A stretch of 32,000 bases of DNA from Xylanibacter ruminicola 23 (lineage in GTDB: Bacteria; Bacteroidota; Bacteroidia; Bacteroidales; Bacteroidaceae), in assembly GCF_000025925.1 (NCBI RefSeq), contig NC_014033.1, positions 2,910,001 through 2,942,000 of the forward strand. The letters run 5' to 3'. The translations under genes and the position numbers were made by a program. Each line of letters starts with the position of its first letter. Within the stretch, counting starts at the first letter, position 1. Shown in pieces: positions 31,682-32,000 of this stretch. The notes under the pieces are model-generated. The model had not been told where the DNA came from. It searched no databases and saw only the letters and a list, made by a program, of their open reading frames with translations.

Positions 31682-32000
31682 ATGAAAATCAAAAAGAACA
31701 ATATACTCCGCGGAGGACTCATGTTAGCCCTTGCGGGAACCATGGTAGGATGTTCGGACGGCTTCCTTGAGCAGGATCCACTGTCATTCTATGAGCCAGC
31801 AACTACCTATAGCACGGAAGCCGGTCTGCAGGCTGCTTTGGCACAGTGCGACAAACAGTTAAAGACATACCGTATCGACGGTAACTGGAACAACGTTGGT
31901 ATCTTTACCAACTACCTGATGTCGGATGTAGGCATGTACGCCAAGACCGATATGGGTGGTGGCTTCCAGGACAACTTCGATGCCAAGCTCACACCAACCT
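31682..32000 (+). CDS. SusD/RagB-family lipoprotein, 5' part (runs off the window)
   Basis: My translation is MKIKKNNILRGGLMLALAGTMVGCSDGFLEQDPLSFYEPATTYSTEAGLQAALAQC.... It has a lipobox (VGCSD) followed by the typical SusD N-terminus, and the frame is open to base 32000. Confidence 0.8.
   Translation, partial: MKIKKNNILRGGLMLALAGTMVGCSDGFLEQDPLSFYEPATTYSTEAGLQAALAQCDKQLKTYRIDGNWNNVGIFTNYLMSDVGMYAKTDMGGGFQDNFDAKLTPT

Noticed and set aside
1-32000. Calling a defined mobile element (ICE, transposon or prophage) or any tRNA, rRNA or CRISPR feature
   Set aside because: I found no integrase, transposase, relaxase, capsid or terminase gene, and no tRNA-like or rRNA-like sequence. The accessory segments are described as islands with repeat boundaries, and no element type or ends can be asserted from this window alone.

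Overview
The window looks like a Bacteroidales chromosome, probably Prevotellaceae. This is inferred from Bacteroides-type TAnnTTTG -7 boxes in front of most operons, a SusC/SusD + GH43 polysaccharide utilisation locus, a GLPGLI protein, the VapE/DUF4248/HU/smalltalk/amidase cluster and frdCAB. I found no rRNA, tRNA, CRISPR array, integrase or transposase.

Layout, left to right:
1. 1-830: 3' part of a stand-alone AAA ATPase.
2. 863-9930: an accessory segment bracketed by two decayed direct copies of one Crp/Fnr-family gene, with a third remnant inside at about 7000. It holds a two-component system, a GLPGLI protein with an outer-membrane barrel, and then HicAB and HipBA toxin-antitoxin modules.
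3. 9930-10500: an ORF-free, repeat-dense spacer.
4. 10507-12746 (minus strand): an AT-rich, translationally coupled pair made of an EcoRI-type N6-adenine methyltransferase and a DUF262(ParB/GmrS-like)-HNH nuclease. A roughly 275-nt structured leader sits upstream. This is my best candidate for an undescribed restriction/defence-type system.
5. 13216-16804: a hypothetical gene, a VapE-like P-loop protein, DUF4248, an HU-like protein, smalltalk and an amidase. Two of these are small genes missing from the ORF track.
6. 16966-21711: housekeeping genes, namely a cupin lipoprotein, a cytidylate-kinase-like protein and fumarate reductase frdCAB.
7. 21925-32000: an ECF sigma factor with a membrane partner, a kinase-less propeller/AraC regulator, a tandem GH43 enzyme, SusC and the start of SusD. 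The two PUL promoters share a composite cis-element.

All functional calls rest on motifs read by eye. No database search was run.
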